A stretch of DNA of 61,673 nucleotides, the filler included, from Neolecta irregularis DAH-3 (lineage: Eukaryota), in assembly GCA_001929475.1 (NCBI GenBank). It is 4 parts of 4 records of this genome, joined end to end, with 100 filler letters (N's around TTAATTAATTAA, not from the genome) between each part and the next. Parts side by side here need not be neighbours in the genome. Positions count along the whole stretch, not along the records: positions 35,454 to 50,972 come from LXFE01003776.1; positions 51,073 to 61,673 come from LXFE01000461.1; 2 more parts are not named here. The stretch is one strand, 5' to 3'. Below the pieces are notes generated by a model. It searched no databases and was not told the origin of the DNA. It saw only the letters and a list, made by a program, of their open reading frames with translations. Both the position numbers and the translations under genes were made by a program. Shown piece by piece: positions 49,526-61,673 of this stretch. Position 1 is the stretch's first letter. Every line of letters begins with the position of its first letter.

Positions 49526-50901
49526 ATGCCACACCGCAAACACTTTGGCAATTCTTCTGTCATCTCTAATCCCCGAAACACTATTATTGCCCCTGTCATC
49601 TCTAATCTTCAAAGCCCTATCCTTCCAGTTTCTGCCCCTGTCAGACCGCCCACGACTGGCGCGTACTGGCACAAAACGCCCTTTGGGTCACTGCCCCGCC
49701 GCGCCCACTCTGCCACTCTTGTTGGAGATGAAATCTGCATCTTTGGCGGTTGCGATCGCAACTCCTGCTTCAACACGCTGTTTGTGCTTTCGCCGTGCTT
49801 CTACTCGCTCACACAACTGTCGACCTATGGCACCCGTCCGCCGCCCCTCCGCGCCCACACAATCACCCCTTACAACGACTCTCTCATCCTTTTTGGTGGC
49901 GGCGACGGTTCAAACTACCACAACGCCCTGTATCTCCTCCACCACCGCGTCTGGAAGAAAATAGACCAAAAGGGCGACATTCCGTCCCCGCGCCGCGCCC
50001 ACACCGCTGTCCTCCACCAACCCTCAAACTCGCTCCTCCTCTACGGCGGCGGCGATGGCGCGAGAGCCCTCGACGACATGTACTCTCTTAATCTTGCCTC
50101 CTGGACCTGGTCAAAACTGTCCCAGAAAACCCGTCCAAAAAGCCGAGGCTACCATACAGCAGATCTCATCGGCGACAAAATGGTTGTCACAGGCGGCAGC
50201 GACGGTGTAGACTGCTTTGAGTATCTCTGTATTGTTGTCCTGCTAATTCCAGCGACATCCACATCTACGATATCAAATCAAATTCATGGTCCCTTCCCCC
50301 CCTATCCACAAAATATAAACGTCTCTCGCACTCCAGCGTCCGCGTAGGAAGTTATCTATTCATTTTCGGCGGTCATAACGGCTATCAATATAATTCAGAG
50401 CTTCTCCTGTTTAATTTGGGTATATTTTTGTTTCTTGTTTTTATTAATTACAGTAACTTTGGAATATGAAACCAAAAAGATTTATGGATCGGTGCCTGAA
50501 CCAAGAGGTTATGCAAGCTTGACATTGTATAACAATACTCTTTATTTAATCGGTATGTTTTGGAAACTTTTATTTATTTCAATTTTTATCCTGCTTTTGT
50601 TTATAATGTCGTTTATAATACGTTAATTTATGTATATATCCGGGGTTCCTTTATAATCGTCTTTTCTATCATTGCGTTTCTTTTATTCTTCTTTCTTTCG
50701 TGTTTTTGTTCTTTCAAAATTTTCTTTTTTCTTTCTTTTTTCTTTTCTAATCCGTTTCCTTCCTTTTATTTGGCTTATTCTTTAGGCGGGTTCGATGGAT
50801 CAACCGTATTTGACCAAATTTACGCTTTAGAACTCGGTGCAAGTGCTTATCTAAGTCAGATTGATGGGTTTCAAGTTGGCTCTGGACAAAGGAGTATCTG
50901 A
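49526..50901 (+). CDS. Kelch-repeat beta-propeller protein, multi-exon
   Basis: Repeated PRRAHSATL..IFGGCD, PLRAHT..LFGGGDG, PRRAHTA..LYGGGDG, RGYHTA..TGGSDG, last exon GGFDGSTVFD. Confidence 0.9.
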
Positions 50902-50972
50902 GGATTATATTTCAAGTTGACTCTGGCAAAGGAGTATCTGATATTTCAAGTTGACTCTGGCAAAGGAGTATC
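50869..50972. repeat. ~34-bp tandem repeat derived from the kelch gene 3' end, at contig end
   Basis: tttcaagttg(g/a)ctctgg(a)caaaggagtatc(tg) three times. Confidence 0.8.
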
Positions 50973-51072
50973 NNNNNNNNNNNNNNNNNNNNNNNNNNNN
51001 NNNNNNNNNNNNNNNNTTAATTAATTAANNNNNNNNNNNNNNNNNNNNNNNNNNNNNNNNNNNNNNNNNNNN
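50973..51072. other. Artificial contig linker
   Basis: N44-TTAATTAATTAA-N44. Confidence 0.97.
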
Positions 51073-54000
51073 GCTCCCCCCCAACCGCCCCGCCAGTCTC
51101 CTCCCCCGCAGAGCTCTCCCCTCCCTCAGACCCAGAGGACGGCAACGACGCAGACTTTGACATCTCCACAGACGGCTCCCCAGAACCCACCCCCATCCTC
51201 GCCCACCTCCCCTTCCTCGCCGCAAAACGCCCACGGCCCCAGAAAATACTGCTGCACGGCCTGGACCCCGACCTGTACGGCCTCAGAAGATCAGTATGGC
51301 CCCGCTTCGTGCTCCCCTGATCCTAGTGTCGCTCCAGGAACGACCATTCAGGCCTTGCCGTATTCTCCCCCCTCCATCCCCCGCTTCCCTGTAGAACAAA
51401 CTCTCCGACGATCTTTCAGACGAGAGCGACTTTGCCTCAGACCGTCCCCGCAAACGCAAAAAATCAGCCTCCCATAAATCAAGCACATCCCTCTCGCCTC
51501 CGCGCTCATACATAGACTCAAATACTACCGGAAATCCCTCCCCCGTGTCAGACTCAGAAAGCAGCGAATACGAACACGCCTCCCGGTCAAAGAAAAAGCA
51601 ACGCAGATCAGACCCTGCCGCCGACAGAGTCCGGTTCTCCACAAGAAACAACAATGCAAAAAGCTACAACGAAGATGACATTATGAGCGCCGACGACGAC
51701 TTTCTCGTCCACTCACCAGACAAAAACAACGAAAATGTCCAAGACACCCCCACTGACGGAATCGACCAAGTCCTAGACTCGCGGAGAGCCGAAGCTTCAG
51801 GTACGTCATCCCGTGCTTCCGGTTAACATTAGATCCAAACGAGCCCGATAATCCCTACCAAAACTACGAATTCTATGTATCTCTCTTTCCAGACTCCTCG
51901 TTCATCTCTAGGTAAAATGGCAGGCTAGTTCACATCTCCACAACACTTGGGAATCATACACCATCCTCTCCGCATTCAGAGGCTTCAAACGCATAGAAAA
52001 TTACATCCGCAATGTCATCTTTCTCGATAAACAACTACGCGAAAATCCAACAACCACCAGGGAAGACATTGAAGGCATGGACTTGGACCGTGAACGCCGC
52101 CGCGAAAATCACGAAGAGTGGAAAAAGGTAGAGAGGATAGTCGCTTCCAGAATCATCGACGAATGCCTCCACACTCCCGATAGACACACCGAATATCTCG
52201 TCAAATGTACGGTTCGCTATTGCTCGCACTGATCCTAGGGAACCAGTTGAATTACGATAGTTGCACCTGGGAAGACAACTCTCTTATTGCCGACATGGCC
52301 CAGGAACAAATAGACGCCTACCTCAACCGCACAAACAGCACAATCGCACCCCATCGAAGCAAATGCTATGGTTCCTCCCGCCCCGTCTACAGAAAACTCG
52401 CCCAACAACCGAATTACGTCCAAGGCGGGGAATTGCGAGATTTTCAGCTCAAAGGTCTAAATTGGATGGCATTCCTTTGGGCCAAAAATGAAAATGGCAT
52501 TCTCGCCGACGAGGCATCACCCCTGTGCGCTCCTCCATTAACCTCTAGATGGGCCTCGGCAAGACCGTCCAGATGGTTTCCTTTCTCTCCTATCTCATCC
52601 ACGATATGCATCAACACGGCCCTTTTCTCGTGGTTGTCCCACTTTCAACAATGGCGGCGTGGCAAGATACTTTTAGATTATGGACTCCAGATTTAAATGT
52701 CATTTGTTATCTTGGAAATACCCAGTCCCGAAGACTAATCCGTGAACACGAGTTTCTAATTGATGGAAACCCAAAGAAACCAATGTTTAATGTTGTTATT
52801 ACCACCTATGAATACATTCTAAAGGAACGGTCTTCGCTCGGCGTCATAAAATGGCAATACATGGCCGTCGATGAAGCTCACCGCTTAAAAAATAGCGAGT
52901 CGGCTCTCTACGAAGCCCTCGCTGAATTCAAAACTGCAAACAGACTTCTCATCACCGGCACGCCGTTACAAAACAACATGCGCGAACTCGCCGCGTTGTT
53001 CGATTTTTTGATGCCCGGAGCAGTGGACTTTAACAAGGAAATCAACTTTGAAGCTCCCGACGATGAACAAGAGGAATATATCCGTGATTTGCATTCTCGC
53101 TTACAACCCTTCATCCTCCGCCGCTTAAAAAAAGACGTCGAGAAATCCTTGCCATCGAAATCAGAGCGGATATTACGCGTCGAGTTATCCGATTTGCAAA
53201 CTCATTACTACAAAAATATTTTGACGAGGAATTATAAAGCTCTTAATGCGGGAGCGACGGGAGGTAGTCAGATGAGTTTATTAAACATTATGGCCGAGCT
53301 AAAAAAGGCGAGTAATCATCCTTATCTCTTTCCCAATGCCGAGGAAACGTATAATGCGAGTGCTGGAATCACTTCATCTAGTCCTCGGGACGATGTTATT
53401 CGAGGGATGGTGATGAATAGTGGCAAGATGGTTCTTCTTGATAAACTTTTGACCCGGTTAAAAAGAGATGGTCACCGAGTGTTGATTTTCAGTCAAATGG
53501 TTCGAATGTTGGATATATTGTCGGATTACTCGAGTTTTCGAGGGTTCCAACATCAGAGGCTAGACGGCACTGTTCCAGCTGCCACACGTAAAATCGCTAT
53601 CGATCATTTTAATGCCCCTCAAAGTCCCGATTTCGTGTTTTTATTGAGTACTCGGGCCGGTGGTCTTGGTATAAACTTGATGACCGCTGACACCGTCATC
53701 ATTTTTGACAGCGATTGGAATCCCCAGGCCGATCTTCAGGCCATGGCAAGAGCTCACCGTATCGGTCAAAAGTCCCATGTAATGGTATATCGCCTTGTGT
53801 CAAAGGATACCATTGAAGAAGACGTTCTTGAGCGAGCGAGAAAAAAGATGATTTTAGAGTATGCGATTATCTCGTTGGGAATGACGGATACCGGCCGTTC
53901 GAATAAATCCGATCAACTGAATACCAGTGAACTCTCTCAAATTCTAAAATTCGGAGCGTCAAATATGTTTAAAGCGAATGAAAATCAAAAGAAATTGGAA

Positions 54001-55505
54001 GCCATGAACCTGGATGATGTCCTCGAACATGCCGAAGACCACGTCACGACCACCGATCTCGGTGGTTCCAATCTCGGCGGCGAAGAATTCCTCAAACAAT
54101 TTGAAGTCACAGATTATAAAGCGGATACCACAACCTGGGATGAAATCATTCCCGCCGAGGAACGTGAAAAAATTCAACAAGAAACAGTTGAAAAACAAAA
54201 TGAAGAATATCTTCAAGAGCAAATTGCCCAGAGCTCACGAAGAGCAGCTGCCCTAGCCCGAATGAAGCAAACCGCAGACGGCGACAATGCTTCAGAAGCC
54301 TCACTCGATCGACGTGCCGAACGTAAGAAAAAACGTGAAGCAAACGGTGAAAAAAAGGCTAAAGACCGAAATTTGAGTACCCAGGAAATCCGACAACTAT
54401 ACCGTGCCATGCTCCGGTACGGAAGTTACGAAGATCGTTACGACGATGTAGTTCAAAATGCCGATGTCGCAGATCGAAATAGAGACAAAATCGAAACTGT
54501 ATTACGAGATTTATTTACAGCATGCCGAATAGCTACAAAAGACCACATTCCAGATCCAAATAAGAAAAAGGCGCTGTTGATTGAATTTAAAGGAATTAAA
54601 GATGTCAACGCCGAGACTATTCTAGGTCGAGCAAATTTAATGCGGTCGCTGCGAAAGTTTATAAAGGGTGGAACTCCCGCGAATTTCCGGCTAGCGATTC
54701 CGTTGAAAGGTGTACATGGATGGACTTGTCCCTGGGGAGCCCGAGAAGACGCAATGCTTGTTCTTGGTATCGATAGACATGGATTCGGAGCATGGATGAA
54801 TATCCGTGATGACACTGAACTCTGCATGATTGGGAAAATTTTCCTGGATGACGTGAAGAATGAGAAACGGTTGCCTGGAGCAGTTCACCTTGTTCGACGA
54901 GCAGAATATCTTCTCGGTATGATCAGCGAAGAAGTCTCAAAAAGTGCATTATTACCTGATCGACGATCCATTTCAAAAGCCCTAGGAGCTGAAGTCGATC
55001 GGAAACCAAAAATTAAACGGGTCCCCAGCATTTCGATTTCCGCCACTCCTCCTGCAAAAGCTATAAAAGTGAAAAAGGAAAATAGGCCCAGTACTAAACC
55101 GAGCCAGTCAAAATCTTCAGATAGTGGAACCGGTTACGATAGCATGGACGACGAGGGTTGCAGGGTAATAATACCTATGAAACAAACTAATCAACACAGG
55201 AAAAAATGCGTCCAGTTCGAACCGAATTAAAAGAATTAAAAAACAGTAAATCGAATAAAGATAAATCCAACCTCGCAGAAATACTTAAAAAATGTCTAAT
55301 GAGCGCCGGTAACCAAATCGATCTCATAATAACTCGGACTCCTTCCTCTGAACGCGAAAAATTAAAAAAGCATCTATGGTTTGATTTCCCCTCTGACATT
55401 TCACTGACCGTAATTAGGATTTATACGAGGGGTTATTGGCCTGTTCCCGTCGCCCATGAAAAGTTGATTGCAATGTATGAAAAAATGAAGACTGCTGCAT
55501 CATAG
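51073..55505 (+). CDS. CHD1: Chromodomain helicase CHD1/Hrp1-Hrp3 chromatin remodeller, 5'-truncated by gap
   Basis: Tandem chromodomains, [53 protein letters not shown] region. Confidence 0.96.
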
Positions 55506-56224
55506 AATCGCCGTATATTACCTTTTCCTCTTCTTTTTCTTTTCTTCACTCTCGTTCGTATCTTTTTCTTTTCCTTATATTTGGGATTGGGGCGTCATTT
55601 GATTTCCTTTCTTCGTTCTTCTTTTTCTTCTCGGTGTAGATATGCATTTTGGGTGAAGGGAGTTTTGTTCATCTGGCCGGAGTAAAACATTTCTCTCTCC
55701 ATCTTTTCCTTCCTCCTACTTTTCCTTTCTACTTTTCATACAGAAAGATAGTATAGCATGTATATGGCATCTCGAGCAGATTTGTCTTTGGAGGGGTATA
55801 TCGTCCGTATATAGTATTCATGTTGCTGATATATTTCCTCGAGTTTGGAGGTACCGACAGTTTTACATTTATATAATATAGATGATTTCCGATACTGAAG
55901 GTTCGTGTACGTCGCCATGTCTGCATTAAGGGAAATCCAAGCCTGCGACGTTCTTTGCTTATATCATTGCTTTCTACACCGGTCGAGGCAGGGTTTATTA
56001 TTTTATGTATTTTCACTTGTGGATCAAGATCTCGAGAGATGGCTTGATATTTATGTATACTCGGGGGCTTTGGGTTTATGAAAATAGCATAGCTTCTGGA
56101 AAATGAAATGCAGTTGCAAAAGATCATGGGGCAAAAGATTAGATATGACGAAAAGAGCGAATACTGTTTATCTAATCGGGGTAGTTATCTAATGGTTTAG
56201 ATAGAGATGGGGTAGAATACATGA

Positions 56225-58493
56225 TTAGTGGATTTCCCCTTCCTCACTTGATTCATTCCCAGGCTCTCTGGTCATTGAAATATCACGAGATCTTCGGTCT
56301 GTAGAACGAATATCCTTGTGATCTCGGTCTCGGTCGTCGTCTCGTCTAACGCGCTGAAGGGTCAGTATACAAAGAGACAACAATATCGTACTTTTCGTCG
56401 TGAATGATCACTTTCGTTGTCTACACTATCTCTACCTCGACGTCGACTTTCTCCCTCATCTCGATGGCGATAACTAGAACCTCGAGAATCGCCACGGCTT
56501 TCATACCTAGACGATGATTTCTTGTAATCATCTTGTCGCGAACTGGAGTGATGATGTCGACTGCTCCGATGTCTCTTTGGACTTTTGTTGCCAGCTTCCT
56601 CCACCCGTTCTTTCAAGCGTCTAATATGTTTGTCAAATGCTTGCTTGCGAATGTCATCACTCTCCAAAGCAAGGAATTCCTCTGATCGTTCCAAGCGTCG
56701 ACGAGTATCTTCCCATGAATCGTCGACTGCAACGGGAGGTTCCAGATGTTTTATTGCGCTTCGCAGAGCATCAAGTTTGCGGCGGATCCGACGATCCTCA
56801 TACTTTCGATCATCTTCATGACGCTTGGTCACTTTGTCACGTAGCTGGATGTCAACATCAACATTGGAATAGTCGATACACTGTCAAAAATGGCTCTGAG
56901 CGCATCTTCAGGAATGCCAGTGGTTCGTAGTTCACTTTTCATAATCTTCATAAACTCGTCAAATGAAGTCTTTTCTGCAATTTGAAATTTTCGTTCCTGG
57001 AATGTCAACACGAAGAGTCTTGGGTACGAAAATTACCTCAAGAACGTCAAGGATAAGTCCTTTTCGGTCTCGAATGTTTTGCTCAGCTTCTTCAACCAAA
57101 TCCCAAAACATATCAAGTGGGGTCGAACCGCTTTGTCCAACCATGTTAATGTACCTCTTATCATTCCTAATCAATGGATATATATTCATCCATTTGGCAC
57201 CGGCTTTGATGAAACCTCTAGCTTTCAGCTCTTGTAACAAAGCCTACGTCGTTAATCATGACTCCAAGTTTTGAAACAACCAGAAATGCATCTCTGGTCT
57301 TCCTCTCGTGCCTCTGCTTTTCTGTTTTCTCACGCTGTCGGTTATCATTAAAAGTACGTTCAAGTCCTTTTATATGGTTTTCGAAAACAACCAATTTGTC
57401 AAAATTCGTAAGGATCCGGAGTTGAGGGTCCTTTTGAAGACGAGTGTCATTATTGAGCATGCTACGCATGTCAGACCAGCGTGTATAGGGCTCGAGATCC
57501 AGCGAATTAAGGTAATTGGTCAAAGTTTCCATAGCCATACGTCTGCCTACCCGTTCCTCCTCCTGAAATGATCAACAAGGTTCAAAAGAAAAGTAATCTA
57601 CCTGCTCCTTTTTTTGTAGATCTTGAATATAGTCGAAAAATAAACCTTGTCGTTCCATTTGATCGGAAGCGGCCTGGAAAGCCTTTTCATCTTTCAATAG
57701 TTCCTTTGCTGTTCTAATGAATAAATCGAAAACTCAATACAGGGCACGATATACCTCCACCGTGAATAGCCTTTAATATTTTCTCTAGCTTTCAACATTT
57801 CTTTGAAATCATACCGAAGTTTCGACTGACGATCTTTCTCACGATCTTCGTCTTGCTGTTTCGTCTCAACGCAATACTTTTCGAAAACTTTCTTTCGTTG
57901 CCGTGGATCTTCGATAACGCGGTAGAGGGGATTTTTGATTACATGACGCATCGTTCGATCCCAAGACCAGTCAGGCGCAACCCCAGATTTCCTTAGCATA
58001 CGTTTGAATGCAGCTTCAGCTTCCTCCGGGGTATCGAAAGATGTTTGATTGACTATGTCGGCGCCGTTTTTTTTGTTACTGACAGAGTTAAAATGGTGGG
58101 AAAAGCAATTCAATACCCGTCCTCTTTCTTCTCTACAAACCCTTCATGCTTCTCTCGAACGGCTCGCACCTCATCTGGCATATCCCAGGTGGACTGCTTG
58201 GATTTTGGGTTATGCCAGTAAGCCCGACCCTCTTCGCTCTTGTACTCCTTCCAGTCCAACTTTGCTAAATCATTCTGTCATTGATATTAGTTGATGGAAA
58301 CTAAGATATTCACCTCCAGAGACTTGTCATCTTCGTTTCCGGATGGTGGTTTGTCCCAAGTAGTCTCCTTCGTCACGGTATTATAGTAGTAACTTTTGCC
58401 TTCGGGAGTTTTGCTAGTGTCATCAGCAGACTCAAGATATGGATGAACATACTATTCCTGCCAGGTAGAATCATTTGACTCAGCCATTGCCAT
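56225..58493 (-). CDS. PRP40: U1 snRNP-associated WW/FF-domain splicing factor, multi-exon
   Basis: Two WW domains ([26 protein letters not shown]; WKEY...STWDMP), FF repeats, GQSGSTPLDMFWD, ends EEGEIH*. Confidence 0.93.
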
Positions 58494-58750
58494 TGAATCC
58501 TTGGTCACTGTGAGAGAGGATCGTTGAAATTTAATAAAACTGAACCTTGTCGGAGATGTGGTAGTCGAGCACCTAAACTTCGAATTCTTCCGATAGTTAG
58601 GTTGAGTACTTGAATTTCCCAATATTTCAAAAATATCCTCGAGTTTGGTAGGTCTAGCTAGACTCTATATAAATACTTTTAGATTCTTTCAAAAATATTC
58701 AAACAAAAAACAAGCCAAGGATTCAATGGCAATGGCTGAGTCAAATGATT
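58469..58750. repeat. Perfect 36-bp inverted repeat (58469-58504 / 58715-58750) covering the PRP40 start codons
   Basis: ccaaggattcaatggcaatggctgagtcaaatgatt present on both strands. Confidence 0.9.
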
Positions 58751-59502
58751 AACAAGTCCTGAAGCGACCATCAAATTCCGCTTGTAAAGAAAAGACACGA
58801 ACTCGGATCCGTATTCTTGTACATTCGTTCCTTGGGGTCTTGTCCTCCGAAAGACTCTATATTATTACTTGGAACGTACGAAATCCTCGCTTTGGTGCCA
58901 GACCAACAGTTCTCTCCTTTGCTTGTTGAGGCAGGAATCGCGGGAATTCCAGAGATTCCAGAGTATCTATTTGTGGGTAATCTGGTCATTTACCTTCCTG
59001 AATGCCTGGCTGAAGGACACGGCCATTTACTCTACCTGCTCCTGCTTGTTTTGGATCCTCGTACACATACGATATCACTCTGATTCGCTATGATATCTAC
59101 AATGCAGCCGTGACCATGCGATTCAATCTTTGGCTGGTGTGAAAGATACGTTACCATACGGCCGCCTCCTGCAGATACCTCTCTACAGGAACGGAAATCT
59201 GTATAGTAAGAACCGGCTCCCAATCTTGCAGTCTGTATCTTTTCCCAGTTGCAATTGTCCTGTTCTGGGTCTTTTGGCTCAGGGTATCACTTTACCCGGG
59301 AAATAGAGGAATAAATCCAAGATGGAATATCCCCGAGTCATTATATTCAACTGCTTCGTTTACCGACTCAAGAATGGCCAAAAGAAATGTCATTTCACAT
59401 TTCTTTGTCGTTTCTGCAATTTGACATGTCTGAACGTCTGAATGGAGAAGGTTTGAGAGTGTATATTGTTCCTCAGGATAAAAGTTAGGGTTTGAAGTTT
59501 TA

Positions 59503-60640
59503 CTACTTTGAACCAGCCCAAATGATATATTTAGTTCTGCTTCCATATATTGCACTCCTTTTCAAAACACTCATTGCCTTCCATTGAACGAAATTGACAG
59601 CATTCAAATATCGGCCAGTTTCAAGACAAAGGCCCGCTCTTGGCTTGAACGCTACATCTCCGTTCTTTGCGGGAATATTTAATCCATGACCGGTATAAAA
59701 TTGAAAGGAGGGTTCTGTCGTTTGAGCTTCAAGGTGGAGATTTGTTGCAGGGGAATAGACGCTTGCGAAAGTTTGAAGGGGATTGAGACGGGTGTCAATT
59801 GAGAAAGGGGAGTCTAAAATGAAGCAATGATCAAAGATAGTCGATGAGGATAAAGAGATAGCGGTGGGTGTTCCTATTGAGTCGAGTGGAACATCGGGAT
59901 GAGCCAAGATTCGTCCAGTGGGGAGTTTTGAAGAGTCAATCTCGAGATATCTAGAGTTAGTGCATTGATTGAGAATATGCACACTGATTCGACCCAAGAG
60001 TAATTTCCATGCCATCAATCAGATCTTGGCCGAGATTGAAGTAGCTTTATGATCAAGCTTTAAAGCTTTGGGTTGTATACGTATGGTTTGTCAAATTGAC
60101 TGCAGTTTCTTCGACATCTCCGACTAGTTGGGCTTCATATTCGATATCCAAGAGTCCTCTCTTGTTTCCATCGATATCCTCAATTTCATCGAGGCCAAAG
60201 CTCACTTTGACTGACAAATCTCCCGGAAACCCCTCCTCTAGGTGGGGGCTGATTCTATGATAAAGAACAACTTGCTTTCCATTCTTGATGGTCACATGAG
60301 AGTTCCAAAGTTTCATATGAAAGCCATTTGGTCCTCCGTGGAGGCAATTATTGGCATCGTTTGCGGCCAAGGGATAGGACTGTCCGTTCAAGTCATTTAT
60401 TTGGGCATTGGCGATACGATTGGCAACACGACCGATTGTTGCCCCCAAGAAGGGGTTATCGGGATCAGAGTAGCGATCCGCAGTGGAATATCCAAGAACC
60501 AGGTTCCGCTGTGTTGATATCTCGGTTAGGGATACGATGGAGGGGCCCTGGTTGAGCAGGGTACATGTAAGGAGGCCTGAGGGCGAGATCAGGGTGGTGA
60601 GCTCCGTCTCTTTCAGGGGGGGAATGGTTGCCGGCGACAT
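59503..60640 (-). CDS. Aldose 1-epimerase (galactose mutarotase), 2 introns
   Basis: GATIGRVANRI, LHGG, EEGFPG, NLTNHTYFNL, FDHCF, QFYTG, GLCLE. Confidence 0.92.
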
Positions 60641-60726
60641 CGAGGAAGGGATACAGCTGTGGGGGATGCATTTAATCAGATTGGCCGGGAAATTGACACA
60701 TACTAGCTGGCAAACAGGCTAAGGAG

Positions 60727-60922
60727 TGTAAGCTATGCGCTTAGAAGTATAATACCAAGTGTTCAATTAGCCTAAGTAGACGTACTTGATGAGGGGAACA
60801 TACCTTGCCTTAACCCTAAACCCTAAGTATTTACCCATTCCCAGCACTATATACTATTTACATCAAGCCTTATCAGCCACCCTACCATTTCCAAAGGATA
60901 TAGTTGAGTGTATATCCCTACA
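60727..60922. mobile_element. Solo LTR (196 bp)
   Basis: TGTAAG...CCTACA termini, perfect AGGAG target-site duplication, homologous to 13110-13305. Confidence 0.85.
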
Positions 60923-60984
60923 AGGAGAGTGGACAGGCAAACAGCTCTGCCCCTGACGATCGGGAGGAAACCCGATTGTGGTTG

Positions 60985-61290
60985 AGTAATCCAATTGGCC
61001 ATGCAGATGCACCAATCGGTCATACAGTGGTAACCCAATTGGCCATGCAGATGCAACCTAATCGGCCATACAGTGGTAACCCAATTGGCCATGCAGATGC
61101 ACCAATCGGTCATACAGTGATAATCCAATCGGCCATGCAGATGCACCAATTAGGCCATACGGTAATGCAAGGCCATACAGTGATACCCCAATCGGGCCAT
61201 AGTGATGCAGGGCCATTCAGTGATAACCCAATCGGGCCATAGTGATGCAGGGCCATACAGTGATACAACCCAATCGGGTGTTCAATCCAA
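60985..61290. repeat. Hierarchical minisatellite (~44-bp units built from a ccaatcggccat-like core)
   Basis: taacccaattggccatgcagatgcaccaatcggtcatacagtg repeated, degenerating to gggccat..agtgat subunits. Confidence 0.85.
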
Positions 61291-61364
61291 TTGTGCAATC
61301 CAACCCCCGCCAACCTCCTTGCTGTCAATTGCGCCCGCCTGTTGCTGCTGACTAGTCCTCAAAC

Positions 61365-61455
61365 TAGATAGCCGCGCAGCCGGCCGAACGAAACAGTGCC
61401 GCAGATAGCTGCTTCCGGCCGAACGAAACAGCCGGCGGTAGATAGCTGCTTCCTG
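61365..61455. repeat. ~37-bp tandem repeat in a GC/CpG-rich terminal region
   Basis: agatagc...ccggccgaacgaaacag repeated about 2.5 times. Confidence 0.75.
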
Positions 61456-61673
61456 CCGTCCCGCCCGCCAACATCCTCGCGCGCGTGGTTGTAGGAAACC
61501 CGCGATCGCGGTCGCCGGTGCGGACGAGTCGGAACCCGCGGTCGCCCAGCGCGCAGTGTGCAATCAAGTATGCGGACCCGGCGGTGTTTCAGCGGCCGCC
61601 TAGCCCGACCCGGCTCGCGGCTAGCGTGGGACTGGGCATCCGGCTGAGTGTGCAGCCGCAGCCCGCCGACGCC

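Noticed and set aside
50560-50785. Hydrophobic Phe-rich ORF resembling a membrane protein
   Set aside because: Translation of a T-rich intron of the kelch gene
55729-56127. 132-aa minus-strand ORF between CHD1 and PRP40
   Set aside because: No recognisable motif, lies in convergent 3' UTR space
58771-59480. Several short ORFs between PRP40 and the epimerase
   Set aside because: No consistent frame or splice model; at most an unidentifiable remnant
60810-60827. Telomere-like taaccctaaaccctaa
   Set aside because: Only two units, inside a solo LTR; it appears to be an expansion of cctaacctaa in the other copy
60985-61290. Regular repeats resembling a CRISPR array
   Set aside because: No unique spacers, no cas genes, eukaryotic context; it is a minisatellite

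Overview
Eukaryotic, gene-dense and intron-rich fungal DNA. Introns are very short (~31-50 nt). Gene content and protein sequences suggest an early-diverging ascomycete (Taphrinomycotina such as Neolecta; inference). The window is several contigs joined by artificial 100-nt spacers (N44-TTAATTAATTAA-N44) plus one 10-N gap, so adjacency across gaps is not biological. It holds about 22 spliced housekeeping genes: PWI/SRRM1, ADK2, MDM38/LETM1, pyridoxal kinase, SEC9, vezatin, MNN2, STU2/alp14, PAC1/LIS1, MDP1, a USP-domain protein, HUL5, GLC3, LeuRS, TRS130, a kelch protein, CHD1, PRP40 and aldose 1-epimerase. Features the ORF track hides: (i) an F-box/LRR ORF running into the first gap; (ii) a spliced Mmi1-like YTH-domain protein; (iii) one lineage-specific secreted protein built from three tandem gene copies fused by splicing, with a signal peptide and a C-terminal bipartite NLS-like motif; (iv) two 196-bp solo LTRs with 5-bp TSDs, each directly upstream of a gene; (v) mosaics of intron-retaining captured gene fragments (ADK2, RSE1, SEC9) with CpG-biased decay and a Helitron-like hairpin+CTAG; (vi) a perfect 36-bp inverted duplicate of the PRP40 start region; (vii) a TQT-rich repeat insertion in TRS130. 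All exon boundaries and family calls were made by eye, without database searches.
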